Source: a virus (Duplodnaviria > Caudoviricetes). From it: a DNA stretch of 55,067 nt. A program made the translations under genes and the position numbers. The stretch spans positions 1-55,067 of the IMG/VR virus record IMGVR_UViG_3300046791_000458; one strand, 5' to 3'. Each line of letters opens with the position of its first letter. Position 1 is the first letter of the stretch. This document shows positions 1 to 8,351 of the stretch, in pieces. Below the pieces are notes generated by a model. The model did not search any database. It was not told the origin of the DNA and saw nothing but the letters and a program-made list of their open reading frames with translations.

Positions 1-52
1 CCCCGGCGCACGCCGGTGGCTTACTACTAACCGCAATATGAGGAGCAAACGA

Positions 53-625
53 ATGGCAATGCGACACATTTCCGGCTGGGTGAATGTCACCGAGCCCGAG
101 CGTACAGATCCCGGCTATGGCGTCGGCGTTACTCCGCCGTCATGGGCAGGCGACCCGGGGTACGGCATCCCCACCTTCCCGCATCCCGGCGGCGGACCGG
201 TCTATGGTGGCGGTCGCCCCGACAACAGCCTGCCCGGCGGCAGTGGCGGCCACATCTGGGGCGCGCTGATCCGTTGGGCGATGCGCCCCGGCATCGACAA
301 CGACCCAGTGAAACCTCCGGGCCGCCCGGTCATCCCGAGCAACGAGCTGCCGCCCGCCAGCCCTCCGCACATCTGGGGCGGCGGTCACTGGGAACCGATT
401 GACCCGGGATTCGGAAAGCCGCCGCTGTGGGGTTTCATTCTCGGCCCCGATAACGGACTCCCCTCGGGTCCGCCGGCCACGCCGGGCAACGAGCTGCCGG
501 ACGGGAGCTGGGTCGCCACCGATCCCGACTATGGAATGCCGGTGCATGGCTGCCCCGGAGATAAACCACACGCGCCGATCTGGGCCTGGATACCCAAGCC
601 ACCGGACCTCGCGCAACCCAAATAA
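53..625 (+). CDS. Pro/Gly-rich repeat protein (DPGYG, PxNxLP and HIWG repeats), unknown function
   Basis: AGGAG at 41-45 before ATG 53; recurring internal peptide motifs; hairpin downstream. Confidence 0.75.
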   Translation: MAMRHISGWVNVTEPERTDPGYGVGVTPPSWAGDPGYGIPTFPHPGGGPVYGGGRPDNSLPGGSGGHIWGALIRWAMRPGIDNDPVKPPGRPVIPSNELPPASPPHIWGGGHWEPIDPGFGKPPLWGFILGPDNGLPSGPPATPGNELPDGSWVATDPDYGMPVHGCPGDKPHAPIWAWIPKPPDLAQPK

Positions 626-641
626 ATTTGAAGGAATGTGT

Positions 642-663
642 GGGGCGGGGCAGCCCGCCCCCT
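642..663 (+). terminator. GC hairpin after gene 53-625, possible terminator or processing site
   Basis: GGGGCGGG-gcag-CCCGCCCC followed by only TT (weak U-tract). Confidence 0.4.
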
Positions 664-676
664 TGGTACACCCACC

Positions 677-1051
677 ATGACGACACAAGAAATTCTGGAT
701 GAGTTAAACCAAATGGCCGATGGCGGCGACGAGATCCTGCTCGCCGACGGCTTCGAAGACGCGCTCGTGGGCTGGGTGGTCGGCGCCTGCCGCCAGCCGG
801 TGGCCTGCTACGACTACGACAAGTGCGCCGAGATCCTGGTCAAGCGCGACGGCATGGACGAGGACGAGGCTTACGAGTACATCGACTTCAACGTCATCGG
901 GGCCTACGTAGGCCCAGGCACGCCGCTGTTCGTGGTGAACGTGCGCGACCGGTACTATTCACACGCCATAGACCCGGACCCGGGGCTTCCACTTCATGGC
1001 GAGGAGGAGCCGGTCGCGGACGACCCAGGGCCACTCGTCGCCGGCATCTAA
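677..1051 (+). CDS. Conserved phage hypothetical protein (ADGFEDALVG...EAYEYIDFNVIGAYVG..TP family)
   Basis: Motif pattern I recognise from small acidic phage proteins; GC3-rich codon usage. Confidence 0.75.
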   Translation: MTTQEILDELNQMADGGDEILLADGFEDALVGWVVGACRQPVACYDYDKCAEILVKRDGMDEDEAYEYIDFNVIGAYVGPGTPLFVVNVRDRYYSHAIDPDPGLPLHGEEEPVADDPGPLVAGI

Positions 1052-1318
1052 CATCGCCTGGACCACTTCCAGCGGCACCGGCTGCCCCAGGGGGACGCGG
1101 CCCTTGTACTCGTCTGGAATGCCCGGCCCGTCGAGGTAGACCACCGGCCAGTCGCCCGAGTGGAAGCGTGCCAGGGCCGCCCGGATGTGCGGCCCGTCGA
1201 GGTCACTCCATAGGCCCACGGTAGCGACGCCGTCGATAGTCAGTAGACGGACGCCGTTGACCGCGAGCACATTGCCCGCGCGCGTCAATTCCGCATCGGG
1301 CTCGATCACTACCTCCAC
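959..1318 (-). CDS. Hypothetical protein
   Basis: Abuts upstream gene 1319-1885; normal globular composition. Confidence 0.65.
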   Translation of the reverse strand: MEVVIEPDAELTRAGNVLAVNGVRLLTIDGVATVGLWSDLDGPHIRAALARFHSGDWPVVYLDGPGIPDEYKGRVPLGQPVPLEVVQAMLDAGDEWPWVVRDRLLLAMKWKPRVRVYGV

Positions 1319-1885
1319 TTAGTCCGGCAATGTCCTGGCCGGGACCGAGTAGGTGATCATCACGGTGGCTTTGCCGGTAGTGGCGCCGGTCACCACCTGC
1401 GACAGATAGATGGTCCAGGTGCTGCCCAGGATGCCGAAATTGCCAAACACCTGCGTCGGTGCCACGCTCACATCGGTACTCACGATATCGACGCCGTTGA
1501 GCGTGTTCCCCAGGTTGATCTTGGGCGTGGTCCCGTTGTAGGACTGCTGAATCTGGATGATGTAGTTGAGCAGAATAGTGCTCGCCGGAAAGCGGACGGG
1601 CACCGAGAAGTTGCCGTGGGCGAAGGTGATCTTGGCCCGCTTGTGCAGCACGGCGACGCCGGCGGCGCCGTCCTCTGGCGCACCGCTCATGACCGGGCCG
1701 GTAAAGCGCGTGCCTATGACCGCGTCGGGATCGAGCTGCAGATCGTTGACGCCCGAGACGGCCAGGGGCGTGATGGCGTCCAGGGCGGCGGCGAGCACCG
1801 GGTGCCTGGGTTTGGGATCGATCAAATCAACGTCGCCCTTGGCGCTCGGGTGGTCCAGGACGTCGCTTTCTCTCTTGTTGGCCAT
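1319..1885 (-). CDS. Putative virion structural (capsid decoration-like) beta-rich protein
   Basis: TRFTGPVMSG motif and C-terminal ATTGKATVMITY resemble the small gene that usually follows the major capsid gene in this phage group (from memory). Confidence 0.5.
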   Translation of the reverse strand: MANKRESDVLDHPSAKGDVDLIDPKPRHPVLAAALDAITPLAVSGVNDLQLDPDAVIGTRFTGPVMSGAPEDGAAGVAVLHKRAKITFAHGNFSVPVRFPASTILLNYIIQIQQSYNGTTPKINLGNTLNGVDIVSTDVSVAPTQVFGNFGILGSTWTIYLSQVVTGATTGKATVMITYSVPARTLPD

Positions 1886-1912
1886 GGAGTGGAAGACCTC
1901 GGTGTGATTGTA

Positions 1913-2098
1913 CTATTTCTGGACGTCCGGCACCGGCTCCTGGGTCTGCTGATAGCTCCACTCGATCAGCTCCATGATGGTGGTGTTGGAATATAGCTTG
2001 CTGCCGTCGTGTGGCTGATGCCGCGCCCAGTCGGCCACCAGCTCATCGAGCGCCAGGTGCAGCCCGACGTGCCGCTGGCGGTGCTCCTCGGTGGTCAC
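1913..2098 (-). CDS. Hypothetical protein (61 aa)
   Basis: GTG start overlapping the TGA of upstream gene (GTGA); RHVGLHLALDELVADW...IMELIEWS. Confidence 0.65.
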   Translation of the reverse strand: MTTEEHRQRHVGLHLALDELVADWARHQPHDGSKLYSNTTIMELIEWSYQQTQEPVPDVQK

Positions 2099-2784
2099 GA
2101 ACCCTGCCGGAATGCATCCTGGCATTCGCCATGCGGATAGGCCTTGTGCTGATCGTAAGTTTGCCCGCAGTGTCTGCAATGCGTGCCATGGACACTCGGC
2201 TCAAAGTGCGTCCCCCGCGGCTGGCGTTTCACTTCAAACCCACGCTGTGGCGCGATGGCCTCGTCGGCATCAAACACTCGCCGGCCTTCGTCAATGCCAA
2301 CCTTAATCCGCTTGAGGCCTGGAAAACACCAGAGGGTATAGTAGTTGCTCGGGTCCATCAATCGCGATTCCGCCGGGTACAGCTCAAAGGCCTCGCACTC
2401 GTCGCCGGCAATCTGGTTTTTGATCATCTGGAATTCGCGCCAGTCGTGGCGGGCCGTGCCGTCGAGGGCATTGATGCCGATCTGGATCATGCCGCCGCGC
2501 GTCCCGAATATTCGATCACTGGTCCAGCGGCGCACGGTCACCTGGTAGACGTCGTTCTCCCAGATCTCGGGCTGTTCGAATTTGTCGATCTGGCCTTTCT
2601 GGATTTGATCGAGAGTGTGGTGGACCTTGCTGGGCGGCTCACTAGCGCACTCCGGGTGCGCCGCGCGCCACTCGGCAATCAGCTTGGTCCGCTCCGCGAC
2701 ATAATCATGCTGGCTATAGTCGATACGCCGCCTCATCACCTCGCGCATCACGGCGGCAGCGACATCTTTGCTGTTCTCTTTCAT
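2095..2784 (-). CDS. Conserved phage protein (HDWREFQxIKN...EAFELYPAESRLxD.N.YxLW family; possibly DUF7694)
   Basis: Characteristic motif series; ATGA coupling with upstream gene. Confidence 0.75.
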   Translation of the reverse strand: MKENSKDVAAAVMREVMRRRIDYSQHDYVAERTKLIAEWRAAHPECASEPPSKVHHTLDQIQKGQIDKFEQPEIWENDVYQVTVRRWTSDRIFGTRGGMIQIGINALDGTARHDWREFQMIKNQIAGDECEAFELYPAESRLMDPSNYYTLWCFPGLKRIKVGIDEGRRVFDADEAIAPQRGFEVKRQPRGTHFEPSVHGTHCRHCGQTYDQHKAYPHGECQDAFRQGS

Positions 2785-3017
2785 ATCTTCACTCTAGCCT
2801 TCCAGGCCTTGCGAAAAATAGCAGCGAGATCCGTGAATCCGGCGGCCCGCGCGAAATACTCCAGCTTTATCAGATTCGTAGTGCTGGGCACGAAATGCCC
2901 CTGCTCATAGTTGGATATTGTGACATTCGTTAGCTTTAGCAATTTGCTGAAGCTCTGCTGATCAAGACCGAGGTTTAGCCGGAGGACTTTGACCGCCTTC
3001 GGGATTCCTATTTTCAT
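2781..3017 (-). CDS. XRE-family helix-turn-helix regulator
   Basis: LRLNLGLDQQSFSKLLKLTNVTISNYEQGHFVPS matches HTH_3 pattern; ATGA overlap at 3014-3017. Confidence 0.85.
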   Translation of the reverse strand: MKIGIPKAVKVLRLNLGLDQQSFSKLLKLTNVTISNYEQGHFVPSTTNLIKLEYFARAAGFTDLAAIFRKAWKARVKI

Positions 3018-3940
3018 AGCTTGACCTCGATCTCCCGTGGCGGCGCCTCCTTGCCTTTGCTGCCACGCACGATAGACGGCGTCCACACCAGCTGGTGGTA
3101 TTTTCCAAACAACCCGCGGCCCTCTCTATAGTCTCTGAAATGACCGCGGCAGATGTGCAGGGCCTTCTGGATATTGCGGTGCTCGTGGGCGCCGCCCTCG
3201 TGCTTCAGGATCTTCTTCAGGGGCTCGATGACCAGGGTCTTGTACCTGGTTGGCTGGACGCCGTGGCGCGCGGCATATTTCTTGGCCAGCGGCTTGGGGA
3301 CCGCCTGGTCCACCACGGTGACGTTCTTGCAGTGCAGGAAGCTCATGGCGAGATACGCCGGGTGCAGGAAGGTGTGGTAGGCGCGGACGTAGGCGGTGTC
3401 CTTGTCGCTGGCCAGCGACTGGGTCCAGGGCGTGCCGATGATCGCGCCCTCGGCATCGACACACATAAACATCGAGCCATGCGGACCGGTGACGGTGGCA
3501 TCGCGCTCGCCGTAATCGATAAACAGCTCGCACCACAAGATCCACTTGGTGTTCTCGGGGATGCCCTCGCCGACGCAGCCCTTCGGGTCCAGGCCGTGGA
3601 TCAGGGCGCCGATGCGGCCATGCGGAATGAACGCCGCCATGTCGGTGTCGCCGCACTCCTTACTGTGGATCTTGCGCGCCATCTTCGACTCGCACCAGAA
3701 GGCCGGATACGGCGGCGCAAGGTTAGGAAAGTCCTTGCGCAGGTCCCAGTATTCCTGGTCGCTGGCGTAGTAGTAATCGGCCACGTTGTCGATCAACAGC
3801 ACCGGCAGCGCCTGGTCGCGCAGGATATCGTGGACGCGCTCGACCATCCGGCGCCACTCTGGGGCCTTGTCCGGCGCCACGAAGAACGGCTTCTGCCAGC
3901 GGGCGTTGGGCGCCCGCATGTCGTCAATCAGTCGCGGCAT
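3014..3940 (-). CDS. Conserved phage protein with C-terminal HxxRGHFR motif
   Basis: HICRGHFRDY...GLFGK...VWTPSIVRG C-terminal signature; 308 aa. Confidence 0.8.
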   Translation of the reverse strand: MPRLIDDMRAPNARWQKPFFVAPDKAPEWRRMVERVHDILRDQALPVLLIDNVADYYYASDQEYWDLRKDFPNLAPPYPAFWCESKMARKIHSKECGDTDMAAFIPHGRIGALIHGLDPKGCVGEGIPENTKWILWCELFIDYGERDATVTGPHGSMFMCVDAEGAIIGTPWTQSLASDKDTAYVRAYHTFLHPAYLAMSFLHCKNVTVVDQAVPKPLAKKYAARHGVQPTRYKTLVIEPLKKILKHEGGAHEHRNIQKALHICRGHFRDYREGRGLFGKYHQLVWTPSIVRGSKGKEAPPREIEVKL

Positions 3941-4118
3941 CCTGCTCCTTGTCCTGCTGATACAAAGGTACGGCTCTCACCTGCTGCCACCGCTCAAGGT
4001 TCTCCAGCGGCTGGCCTATAAACTTCTTCACGATGGGCGCCGCCTTGGTGATGACGCGGCGGTCGTCAGTCTCCACCTGGACCGTGAAGCTTTTGCAGGA
4101 GAACCACCACTTCTTCAT
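3924..4118 (-). CDS. Hypothetical protein (64 aa)
   Basis: Fits coupled leftward operon; supplies RBS for next gene. Confidence 0.65.
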   Translation of the reverse strand: MKKWWFSCKSFTVQVETDDRRVITKAAPIVKKFIGQPLENLERWQQVRAVPLYQQDKEQDAATD

Positions 4119-4369
4119 TGCTAATCTCCAATAGCCTTCTCAGCGTATATAGTTCCTGTAATAACTTGATGCCGTGCCCCTTCTCCTTAAGGTACGTCTT
4201 CAGCTTCTCCGCGTTCCTCTCACTGGCACTGAGCTTGTCCGGTTGATCGAAGTACAGCATCTCGATCCTGAAGCACTCCCACTCCATCTCGTTTTGCAAG
4301 GAACTCCAGGCAGGCCGCGGTTTCCGCCTTGGATTCCTCTAAGGCCTGGACCAGCTCTTCGGTAGTCAC
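4066..4369 (-). pseudogene. Hypothetical gene apparently split by a one-base frameshift near 4300
   Basis: GTG 4369 frame gives TTEELVQALEESKAETAACLEF and then loses coherence; the adjacent frame continues LQNEMEWECFRIEMLYF... to 4066. Confidence 0.4.
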
Positions 4370-4617
4370 TGCGGCTTCCCCGCGTGAGGCCACGTGGACC
4401 GGCCTCCGGTCCTGGAGGCCGGCGCGATCCGTACGACCTCGACATGGCAGCCGAGACAACATATGATAACCAGGCCCTGGCGCTTGTCATAGCGGGCGGT
4501 GACGCCGTGGTCGGGGTGACACTGCGAGTGCAGGTAGAGGATGCTGTGATCGTGGGTGCAGCCAGGGTCGTCGCAGCCCGAGGCATCCAGATCTTCGCGG
4601 GTGAGTATGGCGCTCAT
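4366..4617 (-). CDS. Small Cys/His-rich putative metal-binding protein
   Basis: CDDPGCTHDH..LHSQCH...CCLGC; ATGA overlap at 4614-4617. Confidence 0.7.
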   Translation of the reverse strand: MSAILTREDLDASGCDDPGCTHDHSILYLHSQCHPDHGVTARYDKRQGLVIICCLGCHVEVVRIAPASRTGGRSTWPHAGKPQ

Positions 4618-4946
4618 TGAGTTTGCTCCTGCTTTTTGAGAAGTGCGTGGATGGCCGCCCTGGCGCGGTCCGCGGTGGCCGGATCTTTTAACGATCCTTC
4701 GATTACCAGATCGGCCAACTGGCGCACGCGCTCGGGAATCCAGGCATTGTTCAGACCTATGATGACGAGCGGCTTGTCCAGGAGCAACGCCATGCCGACC
4801 TGCAACGCCAGGTAAGGGTCGATGTCGTCCGGCGATAGGGGGACCATACAAAACCTCGACGCTTTCATCTTTGGCAGGATCTCTTTGGCATTCCCGTCAA
4901 GCCAACGCTCCAGCTCCGCGGCTTCGTCGTCTGTAAAGCGCCGCAC
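4614..4946 (-). CDS. Small flavodoxin-like protein resembling the nucleoside 2-deoxyribosyltransferase/TIR-like fold
   Basis: ALQVGMALLLDKPLVII resembles the NDT E-x-G-x-A-x-x-x-x-K-P motif. Confidence 0.5.
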   Translation of the reverse strand: MRRFTDDEAAELERWLDGNAKEILPKMKASRFCMVPLSPDDIDPYLALQVGMALLLDKPLVIIGLNNAWIPERVRQLADLVIEGSLKDPATADRARAAIHALLKKQEQTQ

Positions 4947-4947
4947 C

Positions 4948-5262
4948 TTAAGCCACCTTGTGCAGCTGGGTGCGCCGCTTCTCGACCTGCTTGATGTTGT
5001 AGGCCAACGGATCGAAGTAGCTCGTCAAGGGCGCGTGCATATTCTTGCGCGTGATCTCGGTGTTATGAAAGAGATCGTGAGCCTTGCGTCCTTCCGGCGT
5101 AATATGAAAACCCCTGCCCGGGCGATAGGCGACCCAGCCGCGCAGGAGCATACTCCTGAAGGGCCGTTGATCATAGTGCTGCGCCTGCTCGATAGACATC
5201 GAGATGCCGCCGACGAAGGCTCTTAGCATCGGGTACTGACGTTGCGATAAAGACAAGCTCAT
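4948..5262 (-). CDS. Hypothetical protein, possible winged helix
   Basis: GGAGA RBS; SMLLRGWV...FHITPEG pattern. Confidence 0.65.
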   Translation of the reverse strand: MSLSLSQRQYPMLRAFVGGISMSIEQAQHYDQRPFRSMLLRGWVAYRPGRGFHITPEGRKAHDLFHNTEITRKNMHAPLTSYFDPLAYNIKQVEKRRTQLHKVA

Positions 5263-5278
5263 TGTGAATCGTCTCTCC

Positions 5279-5812
5279 TTATGATTGTTCCATCTTTACT
5301 TTGGGCTTTTGCTTTGCTACACGCGCGGTCACCGCGGCCTGGGCGCGAGCCCGGCGCTTGGCCGGCGTCATTCGGTCCCAGCTGGCGCGGTTGGCGACCC
5401 GCATCTTCACCAGCCACTCTGCGTGCTTGGGATGGTCCGCGTTGCGCGGGTGATTAGGCTGGACCAGGCGCTTACGAGACTTCTTCTTACCGCGCATCTG
5501 ATAGCGCCGGCTCATCTCGGCCTTGCGCTCCTCGGGCGTCATCTTGGCCCAGTAGCCACTAGCCGCTCGCTTACGCTTCACCACCGGCGCCGGCAGCTCG
5601 GGCAGGGGATGCCCGATCTTGGCCATAGTGCGCTGCATGCTCATCTTGATCTTGCCATCGTCATGGCCATTGGCGGCGGCGTGCAATTGTCCTTCGACAA
5701 TAGCGATCTGCTCCGCCAGGATATCGGTGGCGAGCCTCAAGCCGGTGAGCATAACAGCCCGGCCCATCTTCAGACACTGCAGGTCGTTCTCGGTTAGGTC
5801 GTCTTGTTTCAT
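5279..5812 (-). CDS. Basic hypothetical protein with W-x-x-M-T-P-x-x-R repeats
   Basis: YWAKMTPEERKA and SWDRMTPAKRRA; promoter directly upstream. Confidence 0.7.
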   Translation of the reverse strand: MKQDDLTENDLQCLKMGRAVMLTGLRLATDILAEQIAIVEGQLHAAANGHDDGKIKMSMQRTMAKIGHPLPELPAPVVKRKRAASGYWAKMTPEERKAEMSRRYQMRGKKKSRKRLVQPNHPRNADHPKHAEWLVKMRVANRASWDRMTPAKRRARAQAAVTARVAKQKPKVKMEQS

Positions 5813-5827
5813 GGGGTTTGTACTAGC

Positions 5828-5855
5828 AATATAACGATTGCCCAATCAATTGCAA
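5828..5855 (-). promoter_or_regulatory. Sigma70-like promoter with palindromic operator in spacer
   Basis: Minus strand TTGCAA-16 bp-TATATT; GATTG-cc-CAATC at 5836-5847. Confidence 0.55.
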
Positions 5856-5963
5856 GGAATTTAAATCTCTCGAATCAGCGAATCAGTATGTTAATTCCCG
5901 AATTCCCGAATCAGCCCGTAAATTGCAAATTGCCCCGCCGGGGGAAATTCCGGCGAGGCAATC

Positions 5964-6040
5964 GGATTACTTTTGTCCACTCGAAAATGGCAGATGGATT
6001 ACTTTTGTCCACTCGATAGATGGATTACTTTTGTCCACTC
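5964..6040. repeat. Three exact 19-bp direct repeats GGATTACTTTTGTCCACTC
   Basis: Copies at 5964-5982, 5996-6014 and 6022-6040. Confidence 0.95.
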
Positions 6041-6411
6041 ACTGGGCGCCGTTTCCCGGGGCGGCGCTGCCGGCGGTAGAAGGGGCAGCCCGCGGCGTGG
6101 CCGAGGCCGGTGCCGGAGCGGTCCGCCCGGGCCTCGGCCCGGGCCAGCGTCATCCGCCCGCACCCGCACCGGGGCGCGCTCGGGTCCACCGGCGCCCGCC
6201 TGCCGGGGCGCCGGTGGGCGCCCACGAGGCGCAGGGCCTCGCTCCGCTCCTCGGGGGTGGTGCCCTGCCAGCGGGCCGCCGTGGCCGCCGCCAGGATCGC
6301 GCGGCGGTCCTCTAGCGTGGTGCCCCTCCACCGGCGGGCCGCCATCAGGCGCGCCTGGGCGGCCATCTCCTCGGGGGATTGGTCTGGGTGCAGGTGGGGC
6401 GCTTTAGCCAC
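6025..6411 (-). CDS. Basic hypothetical protein with RW.GTT.E.R repeats and CGC...H...C motif
   Basis: GTG start after CAGGAGG; last gene of the early array. Confidence 0.7.
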   Translation of the reverse strand: MAKAPHLHPDQSPEEMAAQARLMAARRWRGTTLEDRRAILAAATAARWQGTTPEERSEALRLVGAHRRPGRRAPVDPSAPRCGCGRMTLARAEARADRSGTGLGHAAGCPFYRRQRRPGKRRPVSGQK

Positions 6412-7378
6412 GGGCCTCCTGGGTGGCCACCCGGCGGGCGGCCTGCTCGATCACGCGGGCGACCTGGGCATCCTGGGTGGCGCGCAGTTGGGTGACGGTG
6501 GCGGCCCCGCCCAGGAGGCCGTAGCGGGCGCAGAACGCATCGATACCGGCGCGGCAGTAGCCCACGGCCCTGGCGTCGTCCACGGTGCAGGTGAGGGCTC
6601 CACAGAGGCGGGCGATCAGGCGGGCCTTGCGCGCGGCCCGGCCCTGGATCTGGGCGACGCGCGCCAGGGCCAGCTTGCGTTCGCGTTCCCGGCGGCACTC
6701 GTCCAGCGTCGCGCCGTGCTCCCAGTAGGCCTCCAGGCCCTGGGTGGTGGGATAGTGGACCGCGTAGCCGGTGATGCCGTCCTTCAGGCTGTAGCGCAGT
6801 ACGATGCCGGGCCGCTTCTCGATGGCGTAGAGGTCGCCGTCCAGGAGGCTCGGGTGGCTGTAGTCCGCCCCCGGCACCAGCGGGACCTGGAGCGTCTTGC
6901 CGCGCGCCGAATGCAGGATCACCACCGGCTCACCGGCGGTGTAGCCAACCTCGTAGGCGGCGTTGACGTAGTTCGCCGGGCGACCGTAGCTCTTGCTGTA
7001 GGCGTGCCAGTCGGTCACCGGCACGGGCGCGCGGCCCCACACGATCTCGGCCCTGGAGCTGGCGAACAGCGGCGTGATATGCCGGTGGTAGCTGTAGGCC
7101 AGCAACAGGCCCCGGCGGGTGTCGCCGCTCTCGTGGGCGCGGCAGGCGTCGCGTACGGCCTGGGGGAATCGCCGGGTGCGCGGGACCCACCTGGGGGCCT
7201 CGGCGGGCTCCTGGGGCCTCGTAGCGGCCATCAGGCGCTTGCGTACGCGCTCCTGGCGAAGGCGCAGGGCCGCCACGCCGGGCAGGCCCGCGCCGTCTAT
7301 ACGGCAAAACGCCGCGAGTCTCGCGGCGGCGGTGGGGGCCGCCATAGCGGCCCCGATCAGTTTTTGCAGTTGCGTCAT
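6404..7378 (-). CDS. Hypothetical protein (324 aa)
   Basis: GGAGAAACACCCC-ATG start; GYCRAGIDAFC near C-terminus. Confidence 0.75.
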   Translation of the reverse strand: MTQLQKLIGAAMAAPTAAARLAAFCRIDGAGLPGVAALRLRQERVRKRLMAATRPQEPAEAPRWVPRTRRFPQAVRDACRAHESGDTRRGLLLAYSYHRHITPLFASSRAEIVWGRAPVPVTDWHAYSKSYGRPANYVNAAYEVGYTAGEPVVILHSARGKTLQVPLVPGADYSHPSLLDGDLYAIEKRPGIVLRYSLKDGITGYAVHYPTTQGLEAYWEHGATLDECRRERERKLALARVAQIQGRAARKARLIARLCGALTCTVDDARAVGYCRAGIDAFCARYGLLGGAATVTQLRATQDAQVARVIEQAARRVATQEARG

Positions 7379-7400
7379 GGGGTGTTTCTCCGTTTTCAGT

Positions 7401-7631
7401 TTACTCTGCCGCCTGGAAGGTGGAGCCCTCCGGCGGGCAGCCTTCGTTCCACTCCAGGCGCTCGACCTTGCCGCGTACGTTGGTGGTCACCGTGCCGGTG
7501 CCCAGGATGCCGTAGAGCGTGCGCTCGACGGCCACCAGGGCCTTGAAGGCCGCCGCCCGGGCAGTGCCCTCGTACACCGGGTAAGGCCGGTGGCCGCCGT
7601 CGTCCACGCGAACGAAGTAGGGGGCCTTCAT
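7401..7631 (-). CDS. Hypothetical protein (76 aa)
   Basis: GGAGG RBS; ATGA overlap. Confidence 0.65.
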   Translation of the reverse strand: MKAPYFVRVDDGGHRPYPVYEGTARAAAFKALVAVERTLYGILGTGTVTTNVRGKVERLEWNEGCPPEGSTFQAAE

Positions 7632-7930
7632 GCGCCCACCTCCAGCGGCAACGTGTCCGCGCCTACCAGCCAGTAGCGCACGCCGGTGGTCTTCAGCTCG
7701 GCCTGCAGCCACTCGCGAAACTCACGCGGGCTCTCGCCCTTCCAGGGGTAGTCGTCAATGGTCTTCAGGGCCTCCAGGATCGCGTCACGGTGAATCAGCG
7801 TCGCCGTGCCGGGGGCCAGCGTAAGCACGGCCCCTAGCTCTTCCAGGCCGTCTTCCACGACCTCTAATTGTTCCAGGCTGATGCCCCTGGATTCCAGGAA
7901 GGGGTACAGCAATTCGATGGCGATGGTCAC
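7628..7930 (-). CDS. Hypothetical protein (100 aa)
   Basis: AGGAGG RBS; GTGA overlap. Confidence 0.7.
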   Translation of the reverse strand: MTIAIELLYPFLESRGISLEQLEVVEDGLEELGAVLTLAPGTATLIHRDAILEALKTIDDYPWKGESPREFREWLQAELKTTGVRYWLVGADTLPLEVGA

Positions 7931-8349
7931 TTGCCCTCCTTGTGCTCGTCCACGATCTCGCGGCAGGCGGCTTCTTCTTCGTCGAGGTCGTCGTTCTCAC
8001 CAGCGGCCTCGCGCAGGTACTCCACGGTCATGTTGCTCAGGTCCTCGTTATCCTCTACGTCGAAGCCAAGCTCAAGCTCCAGGGCGCGCAAGGCCTCCCA
8101 GAATTCGGTCTGCCTGCGCGCGGCCACGGCCAGGAGAAACTCGGCGGGGTTCTCCGATTCCAGAGAGCCCGCCAAGCAGGGCTGGCAGTGCAGCACGCCA
8201 TCGTGAAACTCCAGGGCGGTCACAATCAGCTTGTACTGCTCATCGTGATGCGGCAGGCCTTCGTCCGCCCCGCAGAGGGCGCAGAAGCGGCCCGTCGCCA
8301 TCACCGTGCGCTCATTGCGCGGCGTCTCGTACTTCGTCTTTTTCGTCAT
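7927..8349 (-). CDS. Acidic protein with CxxC...CxxC zinc finger
   Basis: CALC and CQPC; acidic C-terminus; start MTKKTK at 8349. Confidence 0.72.
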   Translation of the reverse strand: MTKKTKYETPRNERTVMATGRFCALCGADEGLPHHDEQYKLIVTALEFHDGVLHCQPCLAGSLESENPAEFLLAVAARRQTEFWEALRALELELGFDVEDNEDLSNMTVEYLREAAGENDDLDEEEAACREIVDEHKEGK

Positions 8350-8351
8350 GG

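Noticed and set aside
5964-6040. Mini CRISPR array
   Set aside because: Repeats are only 19 bp with 13- and 7-bp gaps, not palindromic, and no cas genes are present
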